DNA of 64,000 nt, taken from Rhizophagus irregularis (Eukaryota). A program made the position numbers and the translations under genes. The notes under the pieces were generated by a model. It searched no databases and was not told the DNA's origin. It worked only from the letters and a program-made list of their open reading frames with translations. The stretch is from NCBI RefSeq assembly GCF_026210795.1, contig NC_089434.1, positions 4,464,001-4,528,000 on the forward strand. The letters run 5' to 3'. This document shows, piece by piece, positions 26,866-39,812 of the stretch; positions within the stretch are counted from its first letter, which is position 1; each line of letters opens with the position of its first letter.

Positions 26866-27610
26866 CAGTGAAATTCGATATAACGGAACCATCCGTTCCA
26901 GTAAAATTATCCGGTATATCGAGACTTCCGATATACCAAAAAATTTCGATATACCGGATTTTATATATAAATCATATGAAATTCCGTTATATCAAGTTTT
27001 TATTTGTGCGACATGTGCTACGAACATTGAAATTTAGATTATTTTTTATTTAAAAAATTATTTGAGAAATTTTATACACTGAAATTAACTAAAACTTAAA
27101 AAAAAACAACTATCCTCTGTTTTTGCTTTTCTTACTTCACTATTAGACATATTTTCAATAAAAAAATTCGTGATTAAAGTGTAAAAAAAAGATTTCGTGT
27201 ATGATCTGATTTATTTTTAGGTGTTTCACATATATTAATATTTCCAAATAAACAATTTTTATTTAGGAGATTCTATTTATATTACATCCTTATAAAGTGA
27301 TAAAGATCTTTAATATTTTCAACATTCCTAGTCAATATATTCAGAAAAATTTCATCCGAGTCTTCAAAGCTTGCGTATTTCACTAAAATTTTTAAAAGGT
27401 CATCACACTTGCTGCTAATTTTATTGGTTTAAAACCGTGAATCATCACGTGTTCCGGTAAATCGAATCATTTTTAATATAACTGATTCGTTATTTGTTCC
27501 GTTATAGCCATTATCGAGATTTTACTAATAAATTCCGTTATATCAAATTTATTTTAATATATGTAATTTTGTTCCAGAAAAAAGTTCCGGTATAAGGCCA
27601 GTTCCGACAA
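26866..27610. mobile_element. pogo/Tigger-like non-autonomous element, right end decayed
   Basis: ta|cagtgaaattcgatataacgg at the left end; ttccgttata subterminal motifs at both ends. Confidence 0.55.
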
Positions 27611-28074
27611 ATTATAGCAATATTTTTAGAATTAGATCAGCGATCATTTAATCTTTTTCCCCAATCAAAACATACAAAGAAAAAAATTATAATTATTGCT
27701 TTTTAAGAATAAATTAAGAAAAGAATTTTACCAATATGGATTATCATTCAGAAGCACGCAGTGAGAATTGTCGTTATTAGACAACAATGATAAAGGGAAA
27801 ACTTAAAAGTATTTTAAAATTTTATCAAATAAAATAAAAAAGATTTAGGGTAAAGAAATAATAATTTTGGGGTTAAAAATAATGCTGGCTTATTAATAAT
27901 ATTTTTTTTTTTTGATTACAATATGTTTAAGCTTATATTTTACTCAAAAGATAATAATAATACGAAAATTTAATAATATGTATTATTCAAAAAAAGGACA
28001 TGAATAAAATTACCAAATTTCATGCATTTTTCACAGTATCTGGACTTTTCACCGAAGTATGTTGATCACTAATA

Positions 28075-28230
28075 TTTTCAGCGAAATGTCCTTCGACAAA
28101 ATGAACGATTCGGGGAAAAGGATTCGGCGAAATGTCTATTCGACAAAACGCCCATTTGACGATATATCCCTTCGGCGGGATCTCGGCGAAATGGGTTTCA
28201 GCGAAATAGACTTCGGCGAAACGTACCGTA
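28075..28230 (-). repeat. Array of cggcgaaat motifs, probably an orphan transposon terminus
   Basis: About 7 copies of (tt)cggcgaaat-like motifs ending in acgtacc. Confidence 0.55.
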
Positions 28231-28845
28231 ACTTTTTTCACATTTACTTGTTAAATAAATGTATTAGGATTCCATCAGTACATTAAAATAATTAACGTAT
28301 TTTTGCTAGAGTTTGTTGATATCTATCGGAAGCGTTGATGTATAATCCTTAAATTCTTTCCTCCTTTTTTTTAGAGTCATGTGGCAACGTCTTAATTTTG
28401 ATATATCGCAGATATATTATTAAATTTTATTTAGTTTTTACTACATTGAATTTAAATTTTTTAAATCACTGATATATTAACTAATTAATGCATAATTTTA
28501 ATAATGTGCCATCTAGAAGTGGGAATAATATTGCTAATAATTTATTAATCAAAGTATTTGACTTTATAGTGGCGAACAAAGGCAGTTCGAACCAATTTAG
28601 TTAATTTTGTCATATTAGTATTTGTTGTAAAAAGTTCTTATCTATTGCAGAAATCCATCATGCCAAAACAACAATTGTCACATCATCATGATCGTGCCTT
28701 CCCTGTATACAGAATAATTATTATAAAAAACGCTTGTTTATAATAACTTTATACTGATGTATTGACATAAATATTAGACAAATTCACAATTTATACTTTA
28801 AAAACGCATTTTTATTTACTATTGTTTAATTATATTAATAATATT

Positions 28846-30337
28846 CCCTATAAGAAATATGTATACGGAAAGGATACGTTTTGTATACATTTTATGTACG
28901 TTTCTATAGTTTCCGTATACAAATTCCGTATATTTAATAAGCAATTCATTTTTGAACATTTTTTAAAAAAACTAATGTATACGGAAAAAATTAATCATAC
29001 GGAATGTATACGGAATTTTTAAACTTAATATTTTTTAGTTACGTATCATAACACGAGATCACGTGATTGTTTATTGTTTTGTTTATGATACGTTTTTTGT
29101 TTTTTATATAAACCCTTACTTTGATGAGTTTGATCTTCCGATCTTCCTTTCTGTCTTGTCTTATTTTTGTTATTTTTTCTAAATTTTTCTTCTTTTGTCA
29201 CCCCCCTTTTAAAAAAAAATTTTTTTTTTCGTCACTCCCTTAAAAAAAAAAATTTTTTTTTGATTTTATTCTTTTATTCCCACTATTCCCACACTTCTTT
29301 TTTTTAAAAAAAAATTTCTTCTTTCTATTTCTATTTCCTCTTTATAAAAATTTTTTATTTTTCTAACTTTGACGTCCTCCCTTTAAAAAAAAAATTTTTT
29401 TTTTAACTTTCCTAACTTCGTTACCCTCTTTTTAAAAAAATATTTGTTTTTGATTTATTCTTTATTCCCCTTTCTTTTTTATTTATATATATCCCTTTTT
29501 TTATTTCATAGGCCAGCAGATTTTTTTTTTGTGAGAAGATTCAGTTTCTTTTTTCTTTTTTGTAGATCAGTTTGGGAGTCCTTCCTTTTGTAGGATTGTT
29601 TAGGATTTTTTTCTTTTTTTAAGTCAGTTCAAATTTTCTTTTTTTTTTTTTTGTAAGTTGGGTTCAGATTCTTTTCTTTTTGTAGGTTGTTTCAGTTTTG
29701 TTGCTTCAGAGTCTTCTTTTTTTGTAGGTCAGTTTTGGATTTATTTTGTTGTTTTGGTTTCTTTTTCATCAGATGCTTCATAATTCTTTCATTTATGTAG
29801 GTCAGACATTCTGGAGTTCTCTTTCTTTTTTTGTAGGAATGCTGACCTTTGGTGACTTGGACGATTGCAGATACTATATGAAGGGGGTTTTGTTTCCAAT
29901 TAAGTTAGACGTTCTTATGTTTCTTTTTTTTGTTTTTTTTTTAGGTTGTTTGACTCCAAATGAACCTGAACTTATAGATAATTTTGGTTGCAATAGGTGG
30001 TTTTAATAAGGAGGGAATTTTCATAATGTATTTGTATTTTGTTTATTTTTTATTTTTTATTTAATTTAATAAAGTAAAATTAGATTTATGTAAATATATT
30101 ATAGTAAACTGTAATACAAATAGTAAATTCAGTGACCAAATCGTATAAATTTCGTGATAAAATCAGTGATCAAATCATGTAAATTCCATATGAATTCCGT
30201 GCAAATTCCGTATCCAAACCATATTTTAGTGATACAGAATTGTGCATTTTTCCGTATCCTATTATGATACGTTATTTCTAAGGAAAAAAAATCGTATAAA
30301 AACTTTATAAAAAACGTATCCCGATTTTTTTATAGGG
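28846..30337 (+). mobile_element. 1.49-kb non-autonomous CCCTATA element with 3-bp TSD and an array of splice-acceptor-like motifs
   Basis: ccctata / tataggg; TSD att at 28843-28845 and 30338-30340; subterminal tacgga/tccgta repeats. Confidence 0.9.
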
Positions 30338-30549
30338 ATTATATTTATATTGCCATATATTTATCTTATTAAATTTATTATATTTTTTAAAAACCTTATT
30401 TTTTTTACATATCATAATTAACATATATATGTTTCCATAATAATATTAATAATTTTAAGAATTTTGTAGTCCATAAATTATAGTCTACGAAATTCAATTG
30501 TGAAAGAGATTTTTTTTCACAATATCATTAAAATGTTGTATCTGCAACG

Positions 30550-32120
30550 TTAAAATACTTTCGCAAATACTGGTTATCTTGTATGTTTATCTTGGATAAA
30601 CACGTTTAATTTTGGCGTATAATGATTGACCCGTGTTTGGGAGGATACAGAGAAATGAGATGTGGTTGGGCTTGCTTAACACTATTACCAGCCTTCAACC
30701 TAATGATTCCTCTATATTATTTGCTTGAGGATTTGCATGTAAAATTGGGAGATTTCTATTTGGAATATTTTATGATTATAATAATATTAATTAGAAACTT
30801 GAATGATTCATAAAAAAAAAAATGTGTTTATATGGTTTAACTTACCATTTAATGTATTTACTAGTTCTCTTAATAAGAATGCATTAATAGGTAAAACATT
30901 AGGGCTTAAAAAAGCCATAACAGAGAGTAGCGCTAGTTGCTACCTTAAATTCTATGATCCATTTGTTGGTTTGAACACTTGACGGGGCGGTAATGACATC
31001 CGCCTGTAAAATTAAGTTCGCGTTATTAAAGATAAAATTATAATCAAAGAATAAATTATTCCTATGTCGCAATGAACCTACCACGGCCATTTCTTTTGAT
31101 ACTTTAAATAATTATTTTGATAACTCTTGGGTTTTATTTGCACAGGTGGACGGATACTGTCAAGAAAATGACATCACACCATCCGTTTGCTTCGTATTTA
31201 ATTTTTTAATATATCTTTGTCCTTGGCTCCCTGTTATATAAAATAATTTTATTTTTTTTTAGAAAATAAATTCTTATAATCATATGATATTGCGAGATTA
31301 ATCACATAATTTACCGTAGATATTTTGCAGATCTCGGAAGGGAGATAGATGTTCTTCCATACGATCGATGACGTAAGGAAAAATTGGGTAATATAATTAT
31401 TGCCTATTGTAAGCGTTGAAGAAATATGTTACTACAGTAATGTTATTAATTAAGAAAAAAAAAAAAATTACCCTCTTTCTCAAATGTAGTATTGTTTTTC
31501 ATTTTGGGATCTCTTGTTTTTAGATTTCTTATAACTCTTTCTACAAAGATCATCTGGAGATCTAACGTCTAAAAGTTTGAATAAGTGAACCACCTTCATA
31601 AATAGTAGTAGCACTTAAAATCTATGTTAATCCCATTCTTCCTCTCGTGAGACGCGCAGATTGATAATACCCTTGCACGACTTCAGCACCTCCAGTGATA
31701 GGATTGATAGGATGAGCTCCCTGCGGGATGTAAAACACTAACATATACTGTATGACCAATGACAACGCCTAGCGCCATATTTACTTATTACATAAATGAT
31801 TATAATCCATTATGAGATTCATTTTATTAAAAAGACAGAAAGGAAAATAATAAAAAAAACTTACTCGTTCGGCAATTGTTGGTCATGTGGCTTCTTGCTT
31901 GTAAAAAACTGAATTAATTTCTGCCATCGCGATATGCCCAACTCTTTTGATTTTAATCGTAAATCCTTGTATTCATCACGACTATGCATTCTAGTTGCAC
32001 CAAATTTATTGAATATAATTAATAAACTTTTTTATAATTTCAAAAGCCAAGAAAAATAAAAAAAAATTAAAGATATTTACTGAGTAGCGATATCTCCGAC
32101 ATATTTTTTCTTCCTACAAA
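30550..32120 (-). pseudogene. Second Argonaute pseudogene (N/L1-PAZ-L2-start of MID)
   Basis: PITGGAEVVQGYYQSARLTR (L1/DUF1785), SATTIYEGG, NNLPNFS...EEHLSP (PAZ-like), LYAKIKRV. Shares an intron block (ataataatattaattagaaacttgaatgattcataaaa) with the 3.9-kb copy. Confidence 0.85.
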
Positions 32121-35100
32121 CCATTTGCTAAAAGTTAGTATCTATTTCCATTCTTTTAATTACAAGTATATATTTAGATACAGTTTTGGCACATTTTTAA
32201 CGAAAAATAATTTTTCTTTTACGTACCATCGAATACTGGTCTCGCGCCACCAAGGCAGTACCATTCTTCCACTATTGTTTAAACACCAATTTCTCGCCGC
32301 ATTAAATAAAACCAAATAGACTAAAAGAAAACCAAAATTTCCTCATGGCTCTATTTCCAGAGGAGAATTGATTCTTTTTATAGGCATTTGAGTATTTGAG
32401 TCACAAAACAGTTAAATATTTTCATATTTAATCGCGGATTATGGATAAGAATATAATAATAAAATAACCGTATTTCACTGTTATTAAGCACTCTTTTCGG
32501 GAGTGCTTAATAACAGTTAAAATAGGTATTTTATAAAATTTTATTTAGGAGTGTAAAAAGGAATTTTTATTTCTTTTTTTTTTTCCTGGTAGCTTAGCTC
32601 TTGGACAAAAATGAACGATTTTTATAATAATTTGGATATATTCATGAGTGATTGATTGTCATACATGAAAGTTGTTTCGACAATTCGACTTGTATAATTA
32701 AAATAAATTACACATAAATATATATTTCAGAATAAGTTGGATTATATTTTTTTTTTTTGCGTATGAAATAAATTAACGGCTAATTCCTAATTGAGCTTAG
32801 ATTAAATGCATTCGTAAGCCTCATGAAAAAAAACATTGTAATTGTCTTCCAATTTGGTAGAAAGCAGTATACAAAAATAGATAATATTATTAACACTTAT
32901 ATGAATTTGGTAACTATAAATAAAATAATTTATCTATTTTAATATAATCTACCGTATTACATGGTACATAAGTGATATTATAACTAACCAAAATCGATCC
33001 AGATTTCGGATAACATATAATTTATTGAAAATTCTTGACTCCTTACTTTCCATATATGCATTGAACCATATGATCAAATCATTTGATGATGATTGATCTA
33101 CACAAAAGAATTTCCGGTTCTGGTTACTGATTTTTTTTTGAAGGGTTTTTTTTTATTTTAAATCATTTAGATGTATGAATTAAAAAGTATATTTTACAAT
33201 CGGACTTAAACACGCTTTTAATCTTTTATTTTGTGCAAACTTGTTTAAAAAACTTTAAATGAGATTAATGAAAGACGCCAACGAAATAAAAAAGATTAAG
33301 AAATCGCTTATATAATATTAAATTAATTATTGGCGTAAAAAAACTATGCCAATTAAGAAATGCCCCATTCTTCATGGGTTTTCTGTTTTTAAATATAATA
33401 TCACATACACTGTAAATACTTGAATTATTTTTAATTTATTAAATATATTATATTAAAATAATTTACTGTAAACGTATTTTACTATAGTATCATTATCATT
33501 ATATAATACGGCATTTTTTTTTATAATTTTATTATCTCCCTCTTAAATATATATTTATTTGTATTATTCAAACAGAAAATGCCTCAAAAAAGATAAAAAC
33601 AGCTAAAAGACAAAGAATCAAGAGAAGGATATATGGAAGACATTCTATTCAAATGCCACCAATAATAGATACACATTGAGCCGCATAATTTATGAATATC
33701 TTGTATTACTATATGCTATTCATCGTAAATCACCTTATCCTTTGTTGTGGTTATTGTAAAAAAATTTTCTAATAGATAACCAACTTTTATAGTAACGTCA
33801 TAAAAATAATTATTATCTATGTTACAATAGGTTCCATGTGAAATTTTTTTTTATGTTTTCCTTCTCCTGCTGCAGGAGAAAATGTTTCATAATATATTGT
33901 AAAACACATATATATGTTGGCGCAGGTGACGCAGCTAACCTTTTTACATTCTCTATTTTATGCATATTTGTCATGCATATATTGCATATCGTTGTTATGA
34001 TCGATACTGTATATTCCAAATTCCTGCCTTTTTATTATGCTGATAACGTATGTTAATATTGTTAATAATATTTAAAAGTTGTCTAAAAATGATAAACATT
34101 TGAAGAATTTATTTTTTGAAGATATTAGAATAGTTAAAAAATACTTCAAATTTAAAAAGAACGAAATTTTCAAGATAAAGGGCAAAATAATGTCAAAAGA
34201 AAAAAGAAAAAAAGATTCTTATATTCGACTAAACCTAAAGTGAATTTTTTTTTAAAATTATCAATATGACGTACTGAAAAGTCGGAGTTTGGACATATAC
34301 ATCCGCTAGTTTACAATCTTATTCGTTAAAGGAATACCAATTTGAAGAAGTTTCGGAATCTCCACGATTCTATGCAGAATGTTGAAATTGAATTATTTAC
34401 ATTTTTTATTAATACAATAAAATTCGTTTATAGAAAATTAAAAATAAATTATCCTAATTCTTGAAATAATAACATAATCTATTATTGATAAAAAATGGTC
34501 TAACTTAAAAAAGTACCTCCGGTGGGAAAAAAAAATTTTTTTTTTTTATTCCCACTTTTATAAAATCTTTTCATCCATTCAAATCAAGAATCAGGTTTTA
34601 TTACAAGTTATTCGGCATATTTTTTTATTAGTTATATAAGTATAGATATTCTATCATAGTATCACAACACTATCACAACGTTTCTTATTTGTATAATTCT
34701 ATTATAGTAAGATACTGATCTTTCATATACAGAAAAAATCTTAAATATCTTTTTATCATCTATTATCGATTTCAGGTAGGGTATAATATTTTAATAATTA
34801 TTAATTAGGTGACAAATACAAAGTAAAGGCAGAACAATGAATCACGTCAGCATGAGCCGCCTTCACGTGATCTCAATTTATGGGTGATCATTATCAATGA
34901 ATTACTTAGAATGCAAATCAAAAATTTTTATTTAATTACTTTGTTTTACATTTTAGTAATTTTGGATCGGAGAACAATAAAAACTTGATCTATTTCTAAT
35001 GAACTTATTTTATCCTAAACTCTCTTCTCTACCCGAATTTTCTCCTTCTGCGATCCTTCAACCTCATACTATAAAATAAATTAAATAATAATGTATTTAT

Positions 35101-35512
35101 TTGTATCATTTATCAGCGCTCTTTCGCGTACATTATTTGAAATTTTTATGCATAAAAAGCATAATCTATTTTTCTAATGGGTTAAGGCCCTATAAAAAAA
35201 CTTATCCATTATTTCCGTAAAAACTTCGTAAAAATGTGAAATGTAAATAATTTGATAAATAATTCTGTTGTATAAGGTCATTAATTCTGGTAATATGAGC
35301 CTTTAACGGAAAAAGATGGAATATAAAAAACGGATCGGCTTTTTTTACAGGCCTTGGGTAAAAGGATTAGGTAATAATTTGATAAGGGATTTGGGGTAAA
35401 GAAATTAGTAGGAAATTAGGTAAGAAATTTCAAAATTATCATAAAGAGGTGAGTTAAATATTCAAATTATATAAATTGTATCAATGAAATGAATATGATC
35501 CAAAAAAATGTA

Positions 35513-35784
35513 CAGTACACGAACCTAAACTCTCGACTTACCGAACTTTTTTAAAAAACCGATTTCATAGTACTATACCGAATTTCATATAAAACATAAA
35601 AATTCTTAATATAATCACGTGGTTTGAAACATATCTGGTAATGATTAAAATCTTAATTCTGGCCAAAAATAATATTCTTATTCACGTGACATATTTATCT
35701 CGGTATATAAAAAAATTTACATCGATCATATATCGACCCTTTTTTCTTGAACTTTCACTTGCTCGGTATATAGAGGTTTGACTG
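35513..35784. mobile_element. pogo-like MITE (TA flanks), left TIR degenerate
   Basis: ta|cagt... and ...gaggtttgactg|ta; accgaa / tcggt subterminal motifs. Confidence 0.5.
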
Positions 35785-36282
35785 TAAACAGGTAATAAAT
35801 CAGTATTGATCGATATAAACTAATTAAGATATAATTTTTGACCATAACCTGAAATAATCTTAATTTCAGCAACTGAAGTTATATTTTGATATTGTTAATT
35901 ACCATTATTTGTTTTTGTTACTGATAATTATTAAAAATTAAATAAATATTGATTCTTAGTTCATTATTTTTAATTATTTATTTCAAGTATTTTAATTCGT
36001 TCATTTGGATTAAATAAATGATACTTAAAGACAGTATTTTTTTATCATGAAAGTAGGAAGTGCGTGATTGATTTAGGCAGCTTCAACGGGTTAATTGATC
36101 GCACTAACAAAATAAAATTGGCTTTTAAAAATGAGATTTTAAAGAAGAGCGTTCAATATTAAGTCAAGAGGATAGTAATTACATAAATTATTGTTAAACT
36201 TTGTAATTGAGTGATTAATGTGTGCATTTAATTTATTTGACCTGATCCAGCACGTCGCGAGCTTAGACCAATCTAATAGCAA

Positions 36283-36514
36283 CCCTATAAAAAAATATTG
36301 TCCAAACACTGGTTCGGAAAATCGACCCCGTTCCGAACATTTACTTGACATTTATTGGACATTCATCATGACATTGTACGTTTTTAATGTGGTTAAAAAA
36401 TTCTCAATCTCCGCATCTTGTATTAAATTGTAACAAATATTGTATAATAACGTGCGAATGTTCGGAAAATTGACCCCATTCCGAATAATTATCGGACAAA
36501 TATTTTTTATAGGG
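36283..36514. mobile_element. 232-bp CCCTATA MITE, 3-bp TSD
   Basis: ccctataaaaaaatattgtcc / ggacaaatattttttataggg; TSD caa at 36280-36282 and 36515-36517. Confidence 0.9.
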
Positions 36515-37247
36515 CAAAAACATAGTAATCAATTATTAAAATAAAGATCATAATTTGGGTATATAATAGAATAATACTATTTATTTCCTTAATTATCTTA
36601 AAAAATTTATAATTCATAAAAATAAACCTAATTACAATGTTTGGAACTATTGTATAGAAGCATACTTTCATTTTTTTAAAATCTTTTAAGACAATAATAT
36701 TATCATAAATCTTAGACATGGAATGAAATTATAATAAAGCAACAACCTTCCATTAGATTATGAATATTGTTGGATCAGTTCTTTAATGCTTAAATAATTA
36801 AGCGAATGATTTAATTATGTAAGCAGAAGGTTTATGTATAATAATCAGTGTATAATTAAACGGTATATCGAAAATATCCAATCAGACGTGTAGTATAGCA
36901 CTTTACGTCGGCATATATATACGTTCAACCACGAATAAAAAATATTAAACTTATCAATAAATAATAATAAGATAAACTTTATTAAATATCGTTATCTGTT
37001 GTTATCTAAAAGAAATATTACTACAAAAAAATTGACCTGTATTTATAATAAAACTACATATACTAAATGATTAATAAATTTAACATATTCAACATGTTTA
37101 AGTTTAATATATCTTACATATTTAATATGTTTAATATGTTAATGTCACCACCGGTTTTTGACGTTCGGTCAGGTAGTAACAGAAAGAGACATAAGGATCG
37201 GTTAACAAATGATAGGGTAATATGACGTTGTATAACAAGTGATAGGA

Positions 37248-37422
37248 CCCTATAAAACCGAAATGTGTTAAATTTGTTGTTCATGTGTAATAAGTGTCTA
37301 AAAAAGCACCATTTTGTCCAATTTATGTCTTATTACAAAAAAACGAAAATTAAACAAATGGTGCTCTTTTAGACATTTATTACACATGAACAACAAATTT
37401 AGCACATTTCGTTTTTATAGGG
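37248..37422. mobile_element. 175-bp hairpin CCCTATA MITE, 3-bp TSD
   Basis: Near-complete fold-back; TSD gga at 37245-37247 and 37423-37425. Confidence 0.9.
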
Positions 37423-37906
37423 GGATAAAAGTGTATACAAATAAATAATGATGTAAAGTGAACGGGTTAATAAACGATAATAAACGATGTGATAAACTGA
37501 GGGTAAATCGGATTGTGTGTGTATAGGAAACAGTTAGTAATAAAATGTATACAGATAATCAATGATGTATAACGAAAAACTAATAAGTGATAATAAATGA
37601 CAATGACAATAAACGATAATAAACGATAAGGAGTAATAATTAACAGTATGATAAAATATGATAAAACGTGTATAAGAAGTTCAGAAACAAATCGGCAGGT
37701 TTATTCGTTAATAAAAAAAATACGATGTTACTGCCTCTGTCAGCGCTCTGTAATATCCGTATATCTATCTTTTAACTTAATAAAACTACACGAACTGCAC
37801 TTTTCCAATCCTCCACCATCGGTTCTTTATATATTGTTAAAAATCCGGTGCGAATCTGACTATCGAACAGATTTGCCATCTGGTCGTATTTTGTCTATTA
37901 AGCCAC

Positions 37907-38303
37907 TGTTACCACCGGTTTCTGACGTTCGGTAGGTAGTAACTAGGGATGGCAACGGTCGGTTATCGGCGCTCTGTAATATCCGTATATCTATCTGTTG
38001 AAAATAAAACCTATACTAAACTTAAACTGAACTTAAAAAAAATCTCTAACTAATTACTCCAACTGCACCTCCAACAACGGTCCTTTTTATATTGTTAAAA
38101 TTCTGGTGCAAATCTGTCTTTCGAACAGAATTGCCACCCGGCCAATTGTGGCGATCTGGGCACATTTGTCTATACAGCCACCTGTATTCAGCCGCTAAGC
38201 TTCCGTTGTTTTATCTAATCACTAATTAACTAAAAATAACTAAAAATAACATAACTAAAAATAAATAAATAAAAAAAATAAAATAAAAAAATATCCCGTG
38301 ACA
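37907..38303 (-). mobile_element. Inner, internally deleted copy of the same TGT...ACA family, 4-bp TSD
   Basis: tgttaccaccggtttctgacgttcgg ... cccgtgaca; TSD ccac at 37903-37906 and 38304-38307. Confidence 0.8.
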
Positions 38304-38561
38304 CCACCTTTAATTCAGCACTGCTAAGCTTCCGATTTTATCTAATCGTTAAATAACTAAAAATATCTTTACGTAACATAACTATAAATAAACAAATAAT
38401 AAATAATAGATAAAAATAAATACATAACAACAAATACATAACAACATATATATATATAAAAGAATAATATATCCCGTGACATAAACATGTTAAACTTTCG
38501 TAGCATCGATCAATTCCGAACCGGCACATGATGATCACATGACATCGACATCGACAATTTA

Positions 38562-39812
38562 CAGTGGTGTGCAAAAAAAATGACAATTTTTTTGAGTAAT
38601 GATCAGCAGGCATAACTTATCCGATTTTAGTCGTATCTACACAAATAAATATGCGTATGAAAGCCCCGTGATTACTTTATTTTTTAACGAAAAATTTTAA
38701 CCGTATAAAATGCCACTATCTAAGCAAGAAACTCAAAGACAAACGATATTACAATTCTGGAGGCAAGGAATACGTACTGCCGCCAAAATTCATTCTTTGA
38801 CAAAGATACCACTTAGGACAATATATAGGAACCTTAAAAAAATCAAAAAAACCGGAGATGTGAAACATAGAGGTGGCAATGGACGTATTAGTAAAATAAC
38901 GCAAAAGGCTGCTCGTGAAATTGGACAATATATTCGAAGAAAACCCACAATTACCGCCAAGTTCATTGCTGCCAAATTGGAAGATGTTGGTGTTAACGTC
39001 TCTCGCTCAACAGTTTCAAGGTATTTGACCAGTCACGGATACAAAAATGCACTCCCCCTTGCTACACCAATGCTTACTCCAGCCCATAAGCATAAACGTA
39101 TTGAATGGGCACAAAATCACATGAATGATGACTGGGCAAAATACTTTATTTAGTGATGAGACAGCTTTCCAGCTATTCCGCAACACAGTAAGACATTGGT
39201 ATAAAAAACAACGGCCAATTCGTCCCATACCAAAAGACCGAAGTAAAATTTTTGCATGGGGTGGTTTTTGCATAAGAGGTAAAACAAGTCTTTTTTGTTT
39301 TAGGGGTATAATGGATGGAAAATTTTACACAAAAATATTAGAAAGACAAATTCCAGAGGTGTACAGTATGTTAGGAGATAGTTGGCGGCTGCAACAAGAT
39401 AATGATCCTAAACATACTAGTCGGGTTGCTAAGGAATTTCTCAAAAATAATGTCCCAGAGGTTATGGACTGGCCATCCAATAGTCCAGATCTAAACCCCA
39501 TAGAAAACCTTTGGGCAATTGTTAAGAGAAATACAGAGTTGCGTAGACCAAAAAATCTTAATGAATTAGATGTTTTTTTGCATGAAAAATGGGTAAAAAT
39601 TCCAAATAACCTCCTAATTAATCTTGTAAATTCAATGCCGCAACGTTGTAGGGAGGTTATTGACAGAAATGGTGAACGAATACCATATTAATTTTTTTTA
39701 ATAAAGTCTACTATGTTTTAGCTTTAAAATAATACTTTTTATTTTTTGATTGGTTTATTGGTTAAAAAATTAACGTGACTTGAAAAATTGTCATTTTTTT
39801 TGCACACCACTG
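38562..39812 (+). mobile_element. Full-length Tc1/mariner DNA transposon (1251 bp)
   Basis: TIR cagtggtgtgcaaaaaaaatgacaattttt with a matching reverse complement; TA TSD at 38560-38561 and 39813-39814. Confidence 0.97.
38710..39691 (+). pseudogene. Tc1-family DD34E transposase with a single frameshift
   Basis: HTH region with GR..K; FSDET, QQDND, WPSNSPDLNPIENLW with 34 residues between the second D and E. One extra base at gactgggcaa (~39135) separates the two ORFs. Confidence 0.93.

Larger units (their letters stand above)
37143..38481 (-). mobile_element. Solo-LTR-like (or Ginger-like) TGTCAC...GTGACA element, outer copy
   Basis: tgtcaccaccgg at 37143 and cccgtgaca ending at 38481; TATA-like tatataaag on the minus strand near 37830; flanks ttaa / taaa (imperfect). 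Confidence 0.65.

Noticed and set aside
35185..35356. Another CCCTATA element
   Set aside because: Inverted ends are present but the terminus and TSD could not be resolved.
39125..39153. Programmed ribosomal frameshift in the Tc1 transposase
   Set aside because: No convincing slippery heptamer or stimulator; a single-base insertion is simpler.
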